Of a stretch of DNA of 32,000 nucleotides, positions 9,353 to 20,173 are shown one piece after another. The stretch comes from Bacillota bacterium (GTDB taxonomy: Bacteria > Bacillota > DTU025 > MWDF01). The DNA is taken from contig JAKQNF010000036.1 in the NCBI GenBank assembly GCA_029565935.1, forward strand, positions 5,552 through 37,551. Reading direction: 5' to 3'. The stretch's first letter is position 1, and the number at the start of each line of letters is the position of its first letter. The translations under genes and the position numbers were made by a program. Under the pieces are notes generated by a model, which was not told the origin of the DNA, did no database searches, and worked only from the letters and a program-made list of their open reading frames with translations.

Positions 9353-10270
9353 ATGAGCGAAAAACATAACTATGGCGGCCAGGCCGTCCTCGAAGGCATC
9401 ATGATGAGAGGTCGCAAGGGCATGGCCGTAGCCGTCAGGAAACCAGACGGGCAGATAAGCATATACAAGAGATTCATCAAGCAAGACAACAAACCGGCGT
9501 TCCTTAAGATGCCGGTCATAAGGGGCGTCGTCAACTTCGTCGAGACTTTGGTCATAGGCATGGACGCGCTTATGTACTCCGCCAACGAGGCGACAGGGCA
9601 GGACGAGAAGCTCTCCAGCTGGGAAGTCGCCCTTACGCTCTTAGTTTCCCTGGGCCTTTTCATAGGCCTTTTCATAGTCGTCCCCAACCTAATAGTGGGC
9701 CTGGTGTCCAGGTTCATCGGCGGCGTCATACTCCTCAACCTTGTAGAGGGCATGTTGAGGCTGGTGATATTCGCCATGTACCTATATGGGATCTCCTATA
9801 TGAAGGACATCAGGAGGCTGTTCGCCTACCACGGAGCCGAACACAAGGTAATAGCCACCTATGAGGCCGACGAGCCGCTCGACAACGCGCATGTCAGGCC
9901 CCACACTACGCTGCACAAGAGGTGCGGCACGAACTTCCTGCTGATAGTCATGTTCGTCTCCATACTCACCTACTCGCTGCTTGGCAAGCAGGCGATGATA
10001 GAGCGCATCATGACGAGGATAGTCCTGCTCCCACTGGTTGCGGGGCTTGCGTACGAGCTGTTCAAGCTCGCGGCGAAGAAGGAGAACAACCCTATATTGA
10101 GGGCCGTGTCCTATCCCGGCCTTCAGCTGCAGAAGCTAACTACCAAAGAGCCGGATGACGGCATGATAGAAGTGGCGTTGGCCGCGTTCAAGGGCGCCTT
10201 GGAGATGGACGGCGAACCCGAATCAGGCCTGGGGGCATCGGTAGAAGTGGAGGAAAGGCCGGCATCATGA
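9353..10270 (+). CDS. DUF1385 family membrane protein
   Basis: Start placed at [20 protein letters not shown] (ATG 9353), which avoids overlap with tdk. Contains [14 protein letters not shown] and [16 protein letters not shown], plus several hydrophobic segments. Confidence 0.85.
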   Translation: MSEKHNYGGQAVLEGIMMRGRKGMAVAVRKPDGQISIYKRFIKQDNKPAFLKMPVIRGVVNFVETLVIGMDALMYSANEATGQDEKLSSWEVALTLLVSLGLFIGLFIVVPNLIVGLVSRFIGGVILLNLVEGMLRLVIFAMYLYGISYMKDIRRLFAYHGAEHKVIATYEADEPLDNAHVRPHTTLHKRCGTNFLLIVMFVSILTYSLLGKQAMIERIMTRIVLLPLVAGLAYELFKLAAKKENNPILRAVSYPGLQLQKLTTKEPDDGMIEVALAAFKGALEMDGEPESGLGASVEVEERPAS

Positions 10271-11334
10271 TAGAGAAACTGCTGGACGTGGAAAAGAGGT
10301 TCGAGGACCTCGAAGCCAGCCTTGCTTCGCCGGACGCCGTATCCGACATGGAGCTTTTCAAGAAGACGAGCAAGGCGCACTCGTCCCTGCTTCCGATAGT
10401 TGAGAGGTTCAGGCGCCTTAGGGACGTCGAAGAGCAGCTAGCCGGCGCCCAGGAGATGATGTGGCACGAGGATGACCCCGAGCTGAAGCAGATGGCCGAA
10501 GCCGAGGTGGACGAGCTCACTTCGGAGAGGGACAGGCTCACCGGCGAGCTGAAGGTGCTGTTGCTGCCAAAGGACCCGCTGGACGAGAGGAACGTAATGC
10601 TGGAGATAAGGGCCGGCACAGGAGGCGACGAGGCCGCCTTGTTCGCCGGCGACCTGCTCAGGATGTACAGTATGTACGCAGAGATAAAGGGCTGGAAAGT
10701 AGAGCAGATGAGCATGTCCGAGACGGGCCTTGGAGGTTTCAAGGAGGTCATAGTCATGATCTCCGGGAACCAGGTCTATTCCAGGCTCAAGTTCGAATCC
10801 GGCGTCCACAGGGTCCAGAGGGTGCCCGAGACGGAAGCCCAGGGCAGGATACACACGTCGGCGGCGACTGTGGCGGTGATGCCAGAGGCCGAGGAAGTCG
10901 ACGTCGAGATCAATCCCAACGATCTTAGGGTGGATGTGTTCAGATCCGGAGGTCACGGCGGCCAGAGCGTCAACATGACCGACTCGGCCGTGAGGATAAC
11001 CCACATGCCCTCGGGACTCGTCGTTCAGTGCCAGGACGAGAGGTCGCAGCTGAAGAACAAGGAGAAGGCGATGAAGGTGCTCAGGGCGCGCCTCCTGGAG
11101 AAGACGATGATCGAGCAGGAGACCAAATATTCCCAGCAGAGGAAGAGCCTCGTGGGCAGCGGGGACCGCTCGGAGAGGATCAGGACCTACAACTTCCCGC
11201 AAAACAGGGTGACTGACCACAGGATCGGGCTCACGCTTCACAGGCTGGACATGGTGATGAACGGGGACCTGGACGAGATAATAGACGCCTTGATCCTCAG
11301 CGAGCAGAGTGAGAGGCTGAAGAAGGATGAGTAG
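10267..11334 (+). CDS. prfA: Peptide chain release factor 1
   Basis: [31 protein letters not shown] (RF1-type rather than RF2-type), [38 protein letters not shown] overlap with the upstream stop. Confidence 0.95.
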   Translation: MIEKLLDVEKRFEDLEASLASPDAVSDMELFKKTSKAHSSLLPIVERFRRLRDVEEQLAGAQEMMWHEDDPELKQMAEAEVDELTSERDRLTGELKVLLLPKDPLDERNVMLEIRAGTGGDEAALFAGDLLRMYSMYAEIKGWKVEQMSMSETGLGGFKEVIVMISGNQVYSRLKFESGVHRVQRVPETEAQGRIHTSAATVAVMPEAEEVDVEINPNDLRVDVFRSGGHGGQSVNMTDSAVRITHMPSGLVVQCQDERSQLKNKEKAMKVLRARLLEKTMIEQETKYSQQRKSLVGSGDRSERIRTYNFPQNRVTDHRIGLTLHRLDMVMNGDLDEIIDALILSEQSERLKKDE

Positions 11335-12199
11335 CGCGGAGGGGAAAAGCACCGTGCTGGATCTTCTGAACAAGTCGGCGCGGTACTTGGCCTCCAAAGG
11401 TTCGCGATCTCCAAGGCTGGACGCCGAAGTGCTCCTGGCCGGAGTGCTCGGCTGCTCGAGGATCCAGCTCTACGTCGGATTCGACAGGGGCCTTAGCGAC
11501 GCCGAGGTGGACTCCTACAGGGAAGCGGTGATGAGGAGGGGCAGAAGGGAGCCCGTAGCTTATATAACGGGCAGGAAAGAGTTTATGGGAAGGGATTTCT
11601 CGGTAGGCAGGGGCGTACTTGTGCCGAGGCCCGAGACGGAACTGCTGGCCGAGAAGGCCATAGAGGCCCTAGTGGGGAGCGAGTGCGCGAATGCCGCGGA
11701 GATCTGCTGCGGCACCGGGGCGGCCGGGATAACCGTAGCCCTCGAAGTGCCCGGCATAAGGATGTTCCTCTCCGACATATCCGATGACGCGCTGGAGACG
11801 GCCTCTAAGAACGTAATGAAGCACGGCCTCAAGGACAGGGTAAGCGTGTTGAGGGGGGACCTTCTCGCGGCGCTGCCCGACGAGCTGAAAGGTAAGCTGG
11901 ACCTGGTGATGGCCAACCCTCCGTACATAAGGACGGGGGATATAGACGCCCTCGAGCCCGAGGTCTCGGAGCATGAGCCCCGGATGGCCCTGGACGGAGG
12001 ATCGGACGGGCTGCTGTTCTACAGGAGGATAGCGCCCGAAGCTGCCCTGTGGCTGAAACAGGGGGGCACGGTGCTGATGGAAGTAGGCTACGACCAGGCA
12101 GGAGAGGTTTCGGGCATGCTGGGCGCGTGCGGCTTCGGTTCCATAACGTCGCACAAGGACCTCCAAGGGTATGACAGGGTGGTCGCGGCGACCTTATGA
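11327..12199 (+). CDS. prmC: Release factor glutamine N5-methyltransferase
   Basis: [54 protein letters not shown]. Located directly after prfA. Confidence 0.95.
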   Translation: MSSAEGKSTVLDLLNKSARYLASKGSRSPRLDAEVLLAGVLGCSRIQLYVGFDRGLSDAEVDSYREAVMRRGRREPVAYITGRKEFMGRDFSVGRGVLVPRPETELLAEKAIEALVGSECANAAEICCGTGAAGITVALEVPGIRMFLSDISDDALETASKNVMKHGLKDRVSVLRGDLLAALPDELKGKLDLVMANPPYIRTGDIDALEPEVSEHEPRMALDGGSDGLLFYRRIAPEAALWLKQGGTVLMEVGYDQAGEVSGMLGACGFGSITSHKDLQGYDRVVAATL

Positions 12200-12212
12200 A
12201 GGAGGTTTCCCG

Positions 12213-13310
12213 ATGGATACCGTCTATGTGAACATGTCGTCCGGGATAAAGGACGAGGCCATCAAGAAGGCCGCGGGGATAATACGCTCCGGTGGCCTCG
12301 TGGCTTTTCCCACCGAGACGGTGTACGGGCTTGGCGCGAACGGTTTCGACCCCACGGCTGTAAGGAAGATATTCAAGGCGAAGGGCAGGCCCCAGGACAA
12401 CCCGCTCATACTCCACATCTCATCGATGTCGAGCCTTTACGAGCTCGCGGCAGAAGTGCCGGCGGACGCTCTCAGGCTCGCGAACATGTTCTGGCCCGGA
12501 CCGCTCACGATGGTCCTCAAGAAGAAGGACATAGTCCCGGACACCGTGACCGCCGGACTCAAGACGGTGGCCATAAGGATGCCGGCGAACGATATCGCAC
12601 TAAGGCTTATATCGGCATCCGAAGTGCCGATAGCGGCCCCTTCCGCTAACATATCCGGAAGGCCGAGCCCGACTTGCGGAGAGCACGTGATGAACGATCT
12701 GGCCGGTGTGATAGACATGGTCATCGACGGGGGGCCCACTAGGATAGGGGTCGAATCGACCGTCGTGGACATGAGCTCTAACAAGCCGTGCCTGCTAAGG
12801 CCGGGAGGGCTGGGCATCGAGGACTTGAAGCTGGTCCTTCCGGAGTTGGAGCTGGGCATGGACAACCCCGACGGCCCCGCCAGGTCGCCCGGGCTCAGGC
12901 ACAAGCACTACGCCCCGAAAGCGCCGTTGTTCTTGTACAAGGGCCCCGTGGATGAGCAGATAGCCACCATCGGCAGAGAGATGGTCTCCCTTGCCAAGAG
13001 CGCGAGCAGGGTCGGGATACTCGCCGCCTCGGGGGAGATAGAGAGGATAAGGAAGTCCGCTAGGTTGGCGGGGCTCGTCGCCAGCGACGCTCCGAGCGAA
13101 GACGCCGACATCGTATATGCGGCGACGGGAGCAAGGGAACGGATGAACGAAGTGGCATCCTCCCTCTTCTCGTGCCTTAGGCAGCTTGACCTTTCGGACG
13201 TTGACATAATCCTCGCCACCTCCTACATGGAGGAGGGCCTGGGTTTCGCCGTTATGAACAGGCTGGTAAGGGCCAGCGACGGCAGAATACTTACTGTGGA
13301 GGAAAGATGA
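12213..13310 (+). CDS. L-threonylcarbamoyladenylate synthase (Sua5/YrdC/YwlC family, long form)
   Basis: ATG 12213 is preceded by AAGGAGG. Contains [59 protein letters not shown], and a C-terminal Sua5-type domain. Confidence 0.92.
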   Translation: MDTVYVNMSSGIKDEAIKKAAGIIRSGGLVAFPTETVYGLGANGFDPTAVRKIFKAKGRPQDNPLILHISSMSSLYELAAEVPADALRLANMFWPGPLTMVLKKKDIVPDTVTAGLKTVAIRMPANDIALRLISASEVPIAAPSANISGRPSPTCGEHVMNDLAGVIDMVIDGGPTRIGVESTVVDMSSNKPCLLRPGGLGIEDLKLVLPELELGMDNPDGPARSPGLRHKHYAPKAPLFLYKGPVDEQIATIGREMVSLAKSASRVGILAASGEIERIRKSARLAGLVASDAPSEDADIVYAATGARERMNEVASSLFSCLRQLDLSDVDIILATSYMEEGLGFAVMNRLVRASDGRILTVEER

Positions 13311-13326
13311 CTTTCGGAGGTGCGCG

Positions 13327-14412
13327 ATGAGAATTTCCATTGGATCCGACCATGCTGGTTTCGAGCTCAGGAAGAAACTGATAGACAAGATAGTGTCGCT
13401 CGGACACGAGGCGATCGACCGCGGGCCGTACGCCTCGGCATCCGTGGACTATCCGGATTTTGCGGCCCTCGTGGCCGAGGATGTCATCAACGATAACGCG
13501 GAGCGCGGCGTCCTGGTCTGCGGAACGGGCATAGGCATGTCCATGGCCGCCAACAAAGTGCGCGGAATAAGAGCGGCGCTGGTATACGACATGGACACCG
13601 CTAAACTCTCCAGGCAGCACAATAACGCCAACATAATATGCCTCGGAGCCCGCACGCCTAGCGCGTCGATCGCGCCAGAGCTTCTGGAGACCTGGCTCGC
13701 CACGGAGTTCGAGGAAGGAAGGCACAGAAGGCGGGTCCATAAGATAGACAGCCTCGCGGCCTCGATGGAAGGCTGGGAGGGAGCCCCGAACGTGCACGTG
13801 ATCAAGCACCCTCTCATACAGCACAAGCTATGCCTGCTGCGCCAGAAGGAGACGGAGACGCGGCACTTCAGGGATCTGGTGTCCGAGATAGCCAAGCTGA
13901 TGGCATACGAGGTAACTAGGGACGTGCCCCTTTCCGAGGTCGACATAGAGACGCCGATATGCAGCACGAAGGGCAAGGTCATGGCGGGCAAGCACTTCGG
14001 CATCGTCGCAATATTGAGGGCAGGGCTGGCGATGGCGGAGTCGATGCTCGAGATAATGCCGGGCGCCAGGATGGGCCACATCGGCCTGTACAGGGACCCC
14101 CAGACGCTGAAGCCCGTGCAGTACTATGCCAAGCTGCCCAAAGACACCGCCGAAAGGAGCGTCATCCTGGTGGATCCGATGCTCGCGACGGGAGGGACGA
14201 TCGTGAAGGCGATCGACGTCCTTAAGGAAGCGGGCGCGAAGGGCATCAAGGTGGTCAGCATAGTCTCGGCCCCGGTGGGCATAAAGAAGGTATTGGAGGC
14301 GCACCCGGACGTTGAGATCTTCGTTGCCGCAGTGGACGAGAAGCTGAACGACCACGGCTACATCGTCCCCGGCCTAGGAGACGCCGGCGACAGGCTCTAC
14401 GGGACGAAGTAA
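13327..14412 (+). CDS. Fused ribose-5-phosphate isomerase B / uracil phosphoribosyltransferase
   Basis: N-half: [64 protein letters not shown] (RpiB). C-half: [86 protein letters not shown] (Upp). No intervening stop. Confidence 0.93.
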   Translation: MRISIGSDHAGFELRKKLIDKIVSLGHEAIDRGPYASASVDYPDFAALVAEDVINDNAERGVLVCGTGIGMSMAANKVRGIRAALVYDMDTAKLSRQHNNANIICLGARTPSASIAPELLETWLATEFEEGRHRRRVHKIDSLAASMEGWEGAPNVHVIKHPLIQHKLCLLRQKETETRHFRDLVSEIAKLMAYEVTRDVPLSEVDIETPICSTKGKVMAGKHFGIVAILRAGLAMAESMLEIMPGARMGHIGLYRDPQTLKPVQYYAKLPKDTAERSVILVDPMLATGGTIVKAIDVLKEAGAKGIKVVSIVSAPVGIKKVLEAHPDVEIFVAAVDEKLNDHGYIVPGLGDAGDRLYGTK

Positions 14413-14423
14413 GGAGGCCCTCT

Positions 14424-14891
14424 ATGAATTCTAGGCCTAGCTGGGACAGGTATTTCATGGAGATCGCCCGGATGGTGGCGACGAGATCCACTTGCTTAAG
14501 GCGCAGCGTAGGGGCGATAGCGGTGAACGAGCGGCGTATACTGGCCACCGGGTACAACGGCACCCCGAAGGGTCTGAGGCACTGCGATGAGGTGGGCTGC
14601 TTAAGGCAGCAGTACGATATCCCCTCTGGGCAGAGGCACGAGCTGTGCCGCGGCCTGCACGCCGAGCAGAACTGCATAATACAAGCGGCGGTGCACGGAG
14701 TCCAGCTCGAGGGCTCGACGATCTACTGCACCTTCCAGCCTTGCGTGGTGTGCGCGAAGATGCTCATCAACGCCGGCATAGTCGAGATAGTCTACGAGGG
14801 CGGCTACCCTGACGAGATGTCGGTCGGGATGCTAGAAGAGGCGGGGATAAGACTAAGGCGGCTGGTGCCCGAGGAGGAGGACGTGACATGA
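14424..14891 (+). CDS. Deoxycytidylate (dCMP) deaminase, ComEB-like
   Basis: [70 protein letters not shown]. Confidence 0.92.
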   Translation: MNSRPSWDRYFMEIARMVATRSTCLRRSVGAIAVNERRILATGYNGTPKGLRHCDEVGCLRQQYDIPSGQRHELCRGLHAEQNCIIQAAVHGVQLEGSTIYCTFQPCVVCAKMLINAGIVEIVYEGGYPDEMSVGMLEEAGIRLRRLVPEEEDVT

Positions 14892-15943
14892 ACCTTATGG
14901 CTATAGGCTTCCTCCTGGCGACGGCCATAGCCCTGCTGCTTACGCCCGCCGTGGGCTTCCTTGCGACGAAGGCCGGCATAGTAGACGTGCCACGCGGCAG
15001 GCACATACACAAGAAGCCCGTTCCTCTAATCGGCGGAGTCGCCATCTTCGCGGCGTTCATCGTCACTGTCCTTCTCAGGCTCAGGGTCACCGGATGGGTG
15101 AGCGGCCTGGTACTCGGGTCCGGGATCATAATGCTCACCGGCATAGTGGACGACATACTGGAGCTCAAGCCCCTTGTGAAGCTGCTGGGGCAGGTCGTAG
15201 GGGCGTGCGTGATGGTGGGCATGGGCGTGAGGATGGAATTCATCTCCAACCCGTTAGGCGGGATGCTGCACATGGGATGGCTGTCCTATCCGTTCAGCGT
15301 GGTCTGGATACTCTCCTTCGTCAACGCGGTCAATTTCCTCGACGGGCTCGACGGCCTCGCCTCGGGCGTGGTAGCCATAAGCTCGTTTGCGCTGGGTTTG
15401 ATAGCCTTCGCGAAGGGGCACATAGACATAGCGATCGTCTCCGTGATACTTTCAGGCTCGTGCCTGGGCTTTCTGTGGCATAACTTCCACCCCGCCCAGA
15501 TCTTCATGGGGGACACCGGGGCGATGTTCATCGGGGCCGCCATGGGAGGAATCAGCGCGGTAGGTGCCCTTAAGGGTCCCGCGACCCTGACCATAGCCGT
15601 GCCGGTAGTGCTCATGGGAGTCGCCGTGCTGGACACGGCCCTCGCCATCTTCAGAAGGGTGAGCAAGAAGATGAGCGTAGGAGAAGGAGACGAGGAGCAC
15701 ATACACCACAGGCTGCTCAAGATGGGGCTCAACCAGAGACAGGCCGTGGGCATAATCTACGCCGTGACCATAGCTCTCGCTGTCGCGGCCTATTTCATAT
15801 CGCAGCAGGAGGCCACGTCGAAGGGCTGGTTCATAGCGTTCAGCGCATTCGCCCTCCTCATAACGCTCGGAGGCATCGCGGGCATGTTCAGGCTCGGAAG
15901 GCTCGGGCGCAAGATCAGGGAAAGGATGGCACGCAGACAATGA
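14888..15943 (+). CDS. Undecaprenyl-phosphate GlcNAc-1-phosphate transferase family (TagO/WecA-like)
   Basis: [71 protein letters not shown], with multiple TM segments. Confidence 0.9.
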   Translation: MNLMAIGFLLATAIALLLTPAVGFLATKAGIVDVPRGRHIHKKPVPLIGGVAIFAAFIVTVLLRLRVTGWVSGLVLGSGIIMLTGIVDDILELKPLVKLLGQVVGACVMVGMGVRMEFISNPLGGMLHMGWLSYPFSVVWILSFVNAVNFLDGLDGLASGVVAISSFALGLIAFAKGHIDIAIVSVILSGSCLGFLWHNFHPAQIFMGDTGAMFIGAAMGGISAVGALKGPATLTIAVPVVLMGVAVLDTALAIFRRVSKKMSVGEGDEEHIHHRLLKMGLNQRQAVGIIYAVTIALAVAAYFISQQEATSKGWFIAFSAFALLITLGGIAGMFRLGRLGRKIRERMARRQ

Positions 15944-17079
15944 AGAAGGTCATGGCCGTATTCGGCACGAGGCCGGATACGATAAAGATGATGCCGGTCG
16001 TGGAGGCGGTGAGGAGCTCCTCTAAGCTTAGGCTGTTCGCTTTATCCACGGGCCAGCACAGGCAGATGCTCGACGACGTGCTGAGGGTCTTCGGCGTGGA
16101 GCCGGACATGGACCTGGACATAATGAGGCCCGACCAGAGCCTCGCGGACATAGTGACGAGGGGCCTGCCGGCGATGATGCGCGCGCTGGAGGAAATAGGG
16201 CCCGACCTGGTGCTGGTGCATGGCGACACGTCAACCGGCTTCGTGGCTTCGCTGGCCTCGTTCTACTCGGGCGTTAAAGTGGGCCACGTCGAGGCGGGGC
16301 TCAGGACGCACGACAAGCTCAACCCGTTCCCCGAGGAGATGAACAGGAAGCTAATAGGCTCCCTGGCCGACGTACATTTCGCCCCGCTCAAGACCCATAA
16401 GGACAACCTCGTCGCAGAGGGCGTGGGGCCGGATTCGGTGTTCGTCACCGGCAACACCGCGGTGGACGCCGTGCTCAATACGGCGGCCAGGGTGGACAAG
16501 CTTGAGGACGGCAAGCTTCACGATGCGGTCTACGGGCCTGGCAGGCTTCTGCTAGTCACGGCGCACAGGCGCGAGAGCATCGGTATCGGCATAAAGGGTA
16601 TCTGCGAGGCAGTAAGGTCCATACTAAGAGACTACGAGGATGTAAGGGTGCTGTTCCCCGTGCATCCTAACCCGAGGGTGTCCAAGACCGTGCACGAGAT
16701 CCTTGACGGCGTCAAAAGGTGCCACCTCACGGGCCCGATGTCATATCCGGACATGGTCATGGCCATGAAGAACGCATATTTCTGCATGAGCGATTCGGGA
16801 GGCATCCAGGAGGAGGCGCCGTCTCTGGGCAAGCCGGTGCTCGTGCTCAGGCGGGTGACCGAAAGGCCCGAGGGCGTGAGCGCCGGGACCCTTAAGCTCG
16901 CCGGGGTGGACCCGGTGCAGATAAGGAAGCTCGCCGGAAGGCTCCTAGATGACGAAGGGGAATATAATAGGATGGCAACCAGCCGCAACCCGTTCGGCGA
17001 CGGCAGGGCCTCCGAGAGGATCAAGGACGCCATACTTTACTTCTTCGGCCTGGGCCCAAGGCCCGGGGATTACGAATAG
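15940..17079 (+). CDS. wecB: UDP-N-acetylglucosamine 2-epimerase (non-hydrolysing)
   Basis: VFGTRPDTIKMMPVVEA, VLVHGDTSTGFVASLASFYSGVKVGHVEAGLRT, FPEEMNRKL, SDSGGIQEEAPSLGKPVLVLRRVTERPEG. Confidence 0.93.
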   Translation: MKKVMAVFGTRPDTIKMMPVVEAVRSSSKLRLFALSTGQHRQMLDDVLRVFGVEPDMDLDIMRPDQSLADIVTRGLPAMMRALEEIGPDLVLVHGDTSTGFVASLASFYSGVKVGHVEAGLRTHDKLNPFPEEMNRKLIGSLADVHFAPLKTHKDNLVAEGVGPDSVFVTGNTAVDAVLNTAARVDKLEDGKLHDAVYGPGRLLLVTAHRRESIGIGIKGICEAVRSILRDYEDVRVLFPVHPNPRVSKTVHEILDGVKRCHLTGPMSYPDMVMAMKNAYFCMSDSGGIQEEAPSLGKPVLVLRRVTERPEGVSAGTLKLAGVDPVQIRKLAGRLLDDEGEYNRMATSRNPFGDGRASERIKDAILYFFGLGPRPGDYE

Positions 17080-17103
17080 CAGAGGACCGGAGGGAATGAC
17101 GCG

Positions 17104-18360
17104 ATGGAACTGAACACCCTTGTGGTAGAAGGCGGAAGGAAGATATCGGGCACGGTCAGGGTAGGAGGGGCCAAGAACTCCTCCCTGCCGTTGATCGCCG
17201 CCGCGCTGCTGACTGCCGGCACCTCCACGATAGAGGACGTACCCAGGTTAAAGGACATCGAGACCATGCGAGGTGTCGTGGAGGCGCTCGGTGCCCGCGT
17301 GATAATGGAAGATAATGTAATGACCGTGGATTCCTCCAGCCTGAACGGGAACGAACCACCATATGACCTTGTAAGGGCCATGAGGGCGTCGTTTCTGGTC
17401 ATGGGACCCCTGCTTGCGAGGATGGGCAGCGCCCACATATTCCAGCCCGGAGGCTGCGCCATCGGTGCAAGGCCGATCGACTTACACCTGAAGGGCTTCG
17501 CCGCTTTGGGCGCGGAGATAGACATGAGCGGGGGAGTCGTGAAGGCGAAGGTCAGCGGAAGGCTCAAAGGCGAAAGGGTCTACCTGGACTTCCCAAGCGT
17601 CGGCGCGACGGAGAACATAATGATGGCGGCCGCCACTGCCGAAGGCAGGACCCTGATAGAAAACGCCGCCAGGGAGCCCGAGATAGTGGACCTTGCGAAC
17701 TTCCTAAATAAGATGGGCGCCAAGGTCAGAGGGGCCGGGACCCCGATGCTCAGGATAGACGGCGTAGACACGCTTGTCCCCTCTTCCCATACGGTCATAC
17801 CTGACAGGATAGAGGCCGGCACCTTCATGATCATAGCGGCCGGCACCCAGGGCTCTTTGTACATCGACAACGTGGTGGGCGAGCACGTGAAACCGCTTGA
17901 GGCTAAGCTGTCCGAGGCCGGGGCGCATGTGGAGACCTTCGAAGGGGCGATGCGCGTGAGCGCGGACAAGCGCCTCAAGGCCGTGGACGTGACCACCATG
18001 CCGTACCCTGGTTTCCCCACGGACATGCAAGCACAGCTCATGGCGGTGCTGTGCACGTCGGAGGGCACCTCCCAGGTGACCGAGAACGTGTTCGAGAACC
18101 GTTTCATGCATGCCCCGGAGCTTTCGAGGATGGGTGCGAACATAAAGATCAGCGGCAGGACCGCGATCATCGAAGGAGTACCGACGCTTACCGGAGCCCA
18201 AGTGAACGCTACGGACCTTAGGGCCTCGGCCGCGCTGGTCACCGCCGCGCTTACCGCCGAGGGCGAGACGCACATACATAACATCTCCCACCTCGACAGA
18301 GGATACGAGAACTTCGAGGGCCGCCTGGCCAAATGCGGCGCTCGGATGAGGAGGGAGTAG
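17104..18360 (+). CDS. murA: UDP-N-acetylglucosamine 1-carboxyvinyltransferase
   Basis: ISGTVRVGGAKNSSLPLIAAALLT, GGCAIGARPIDLHLKG (active-site Cys region), TMPYPGFPTDMQAQ, ENRFMHAPELSRMGA. Confidence 0.95.
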   Translation: MELNTLVVEGGRKISGTVRVGGAKNSSLPLIAAALLTAGTSTIEDVPRLKDIETMRGVVEALGARVIMEDNVMTVDSSSLNGNEPPYDLVRAMRASFLVMGPLLARMGSAHIFQPGGCAIGARPIDLHLKGFAALGAEIDMSGGVVKAKVSGRLKGERVYLDFPSVGATENIMMAAATAEGRTLIENAAREPEIVDLANFLNKMGAKVRGAGTPMLRIDGVDTLVPSSHTVIPDRIEAGTFMIIAAGTQGSLYIDNVVGEHVKPLEAKLSEAGAHVETFEGAMRVSADKRLKAVDVTTMPYPGFPTDMQAQLMAVLCTSEGTSQVTENVFENRFMHAPELSRMGANIKISGRTAIIEGVPTLTGAQVNATDLRASAALVTAALTAEGETHIHNISHLDRGYENFEGRLAKCGARMRRE

Positions 18361-18364
18361 GCCG

Positions 18365-20041
18365 ATGATCTCCGGTCGGAAGCTGGCATATCCTCTTTCG
18401 CTGGTTTTGGTACTGCTCTTGGCCTTCTGCGTGAGCGCCTCGGCGCCGGTTTTCATGGATCCGAAGGACGTCAAGGCGGGCATGACCGGCTACGGGCTCA
18501 CTGTGTTCTGGGGGGACGAGCCGGAGACGTTCGACTTCTCCGTCATAGCGGTGACCAAGGGGGACACGAGTCTAGCGGACATGATACTCGTCAAGGTATC
18601 TGGACAGAAGATAGACGCGATAGGCGGCATAGCGGCCGGCATGAGCGGAAGTCCCTGCTACATAGGCGGGAAGCTCGTCGGGGCGCTGTCGCACGTACTG
18701 GAGGGCCCCGATCCTAAGATAGGCGTGGTGACTCCGATGAGCGTCATGGTGAGGCTCTTGGAGGCGGGCAAGCTGGCGGATTCCGCAAAGCCTTTCAAGG
18801 TCGCCGGCTGGGGCAGCTTCGTGCCGGTCGCCACTCCAGTGTGGGTGGGCGGGCTCGGTCCAAGGGCGCAAAAAGCCCTGGAGGCTTCTCTCGGCCTGAA
18901 GGGCTTCGCCTTAAGCCCCGCCATGGCGCTTGGCGCAGGTGGCATGGAAGATTCTAACGGGACGTTCGCCGCCGGCTCTTCGATCGCCGTACAGATGTGC
19001 AACGGAGACGTGGAGGCCGGGGCGATAGGCACTCTCACATGGACTGACGGGAGGAATTTCCTCGCATTCGGACATCCGATGCTTAACATCGGCTCGATCG
19101 AGATGCCGATGTCGAAATCGTCCGTGCTTGCCGTGCTGCCTTCGGACTCGTTCCCGTTCAAGCTGGGCACTTTCGGCAAGCCGGCCGCGGTCGTGACCGA
19201 GGACAGGACGTACGGGCTGGCCGGCGTGATAGGCAAAGACGCCAAGATGGCCGACGTCACGGTCAAGGCGAGCGACATGCAGACCGGACGCAGGAAGAGC
19301 GCGACCATAAGGTGCCTGCAGGACGAAAGGCTCATCTCGGAGCTCATAGGATCGGCCGTACTGTCGGTGATGGACGGCGTTACGATGAGGGTAGGGGAAG
19401 GCACCGTCTACCTGTCGGTGATAATAGAGGCGAAGCAGGGCAGCATCTTCAGGGAAGAGATGATCTGGTCCGGCTCCGACGTCGCCAATGAGGTAACCTC
19501 GGAGGTATCGGGCATGATATCGTTAATAGCCGGCAACGACGCCCAGGCCGCGGAGATCCTGAAGGTCCAGGTCAACGTCGACGTGGCGCCTTCCAGGATG
19601 ACGTCGGTGATCAAGGGGGTCACTCTGCCGGAGGGGGGCTTCGTGGCAGGGCAGACGCAGTCGATCGGCGTGGTCCTCAAGCCTTTCAGGGGGCAGGAAT
19701 ACACGAAGATGGTCGACATAGACCTTCCGGCTGACATCGGGCCGGGCCCCGTATCCGTGACCGTATACGGGGGCTCCTCCGAGGACGACGAAGGCTCCCT
19801 GGACATCGTGGACAAGGTGGGCGACGTGAGAGGCATCTCCCTGGAGGAGCTGCTTGGCAGGATAAGCACCGCCGACCAGAACAACGACCTCATCATAGAG
19901 ATATACAGCGACGCGGGCTCCTCGGAAGAGGACCTGCCGCCCGAGGACGGAGCTTACGAGCAGGAACCGCTCTACTCCGGAAGGATAGTTCTGCAGAGCA
20001 TAATACAAGGTTCGGCTGTCGAATACTCCGAAGTGCGGTAG
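18365..20041 (+). CDS. Secreted SpoIVB peptidase S55-like domain protein
   Basis: Signal peptide, then VKAGMTGYGLTVFWG, GGIAAGMSGSPCYIGGKLVGALSHV, GVVTPMSVMVRLL, AGAIGTLTWTDGRNFLAFGHPMLNIG. Confidence 0.8.
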   Translation: MISGRKLAYPLSLVLVLLLAFCVSASAPVFMDPKDVKAGMTGYGLTVFWGDEPETFDFSVIAVTKGDTSLADMILVKVSGQKIDAIGGIAAGMSGSPCYIGGKLVGALSHVLEGPDPKIGVVTPMSVMVRLLEAGKLADSAKPFKVAGWGSFVPVATPVWVGGLGPRAQKALEASLGLKGFALSPAMALGAGGMEDSNGTFAAGSSIAVQMCNGDVEAGAIGTLTWTDGRNFLAFGHPMLNIGSIEMPMSKSSVLAVLPSDSFPFKLGTFGKPAAVVTEDRTYGLAGVIGKDAKMADVTVKASDMQTGRRKSATIRCLQDERLISELIGSAVLSVMDGVTMRVGEGTVYLSVIIEAKQGSIFREEMIWSGSDVANEVTSEVSGMISLIAGNDAQAAEILKVQVNVDVAPSRMTSVIKGVTLPEGGFVAGQTQSIGVVLKPFRGQEYTKMVDIDLPADIGPGPVSVTVYGGSSEDDEGSLDIVDKVGDVRGISLEELLGRISTADQNNDLIIEIYSDAGSSEEDLPPEDGAYEQEPLYSGRIVLQSIIQGSAVEYSEVR

Positions 20042-20173
20042 AATATAAAGGGCATGGCCGGGAACAGGCACGGGGCCTTGAGCGTTTCATTCATTAGTTG
20101 CGTCCGGGGCGTTTTGGTAATACGGGCTCTCACGACGGACTCCCACTCAGCTCGACCATCAGGAGGTAAGGTA

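Noticed and set aside
10267-11334. Release factor 2 with programmed frameshift
   Set aside because: The protein has the RF1-type [11 protein letters not shown] region and a continuous frame; prmC follows it.
10438-11397. Long minus-strand ORF (319 aa) opposite prfA/prmC
   Set aside because: Shadow ORF from GC-rich codon bias. It is antisense to two highly conserved genes, with low-complexity composition and no recognisable domain.
17704-18483. Minus-strand ORF(s) opposite murA (also 17580-18389)
   Set aside because: Overlaps a confident MurA on the other strand; composition-driven and lacks recognisable motifs.
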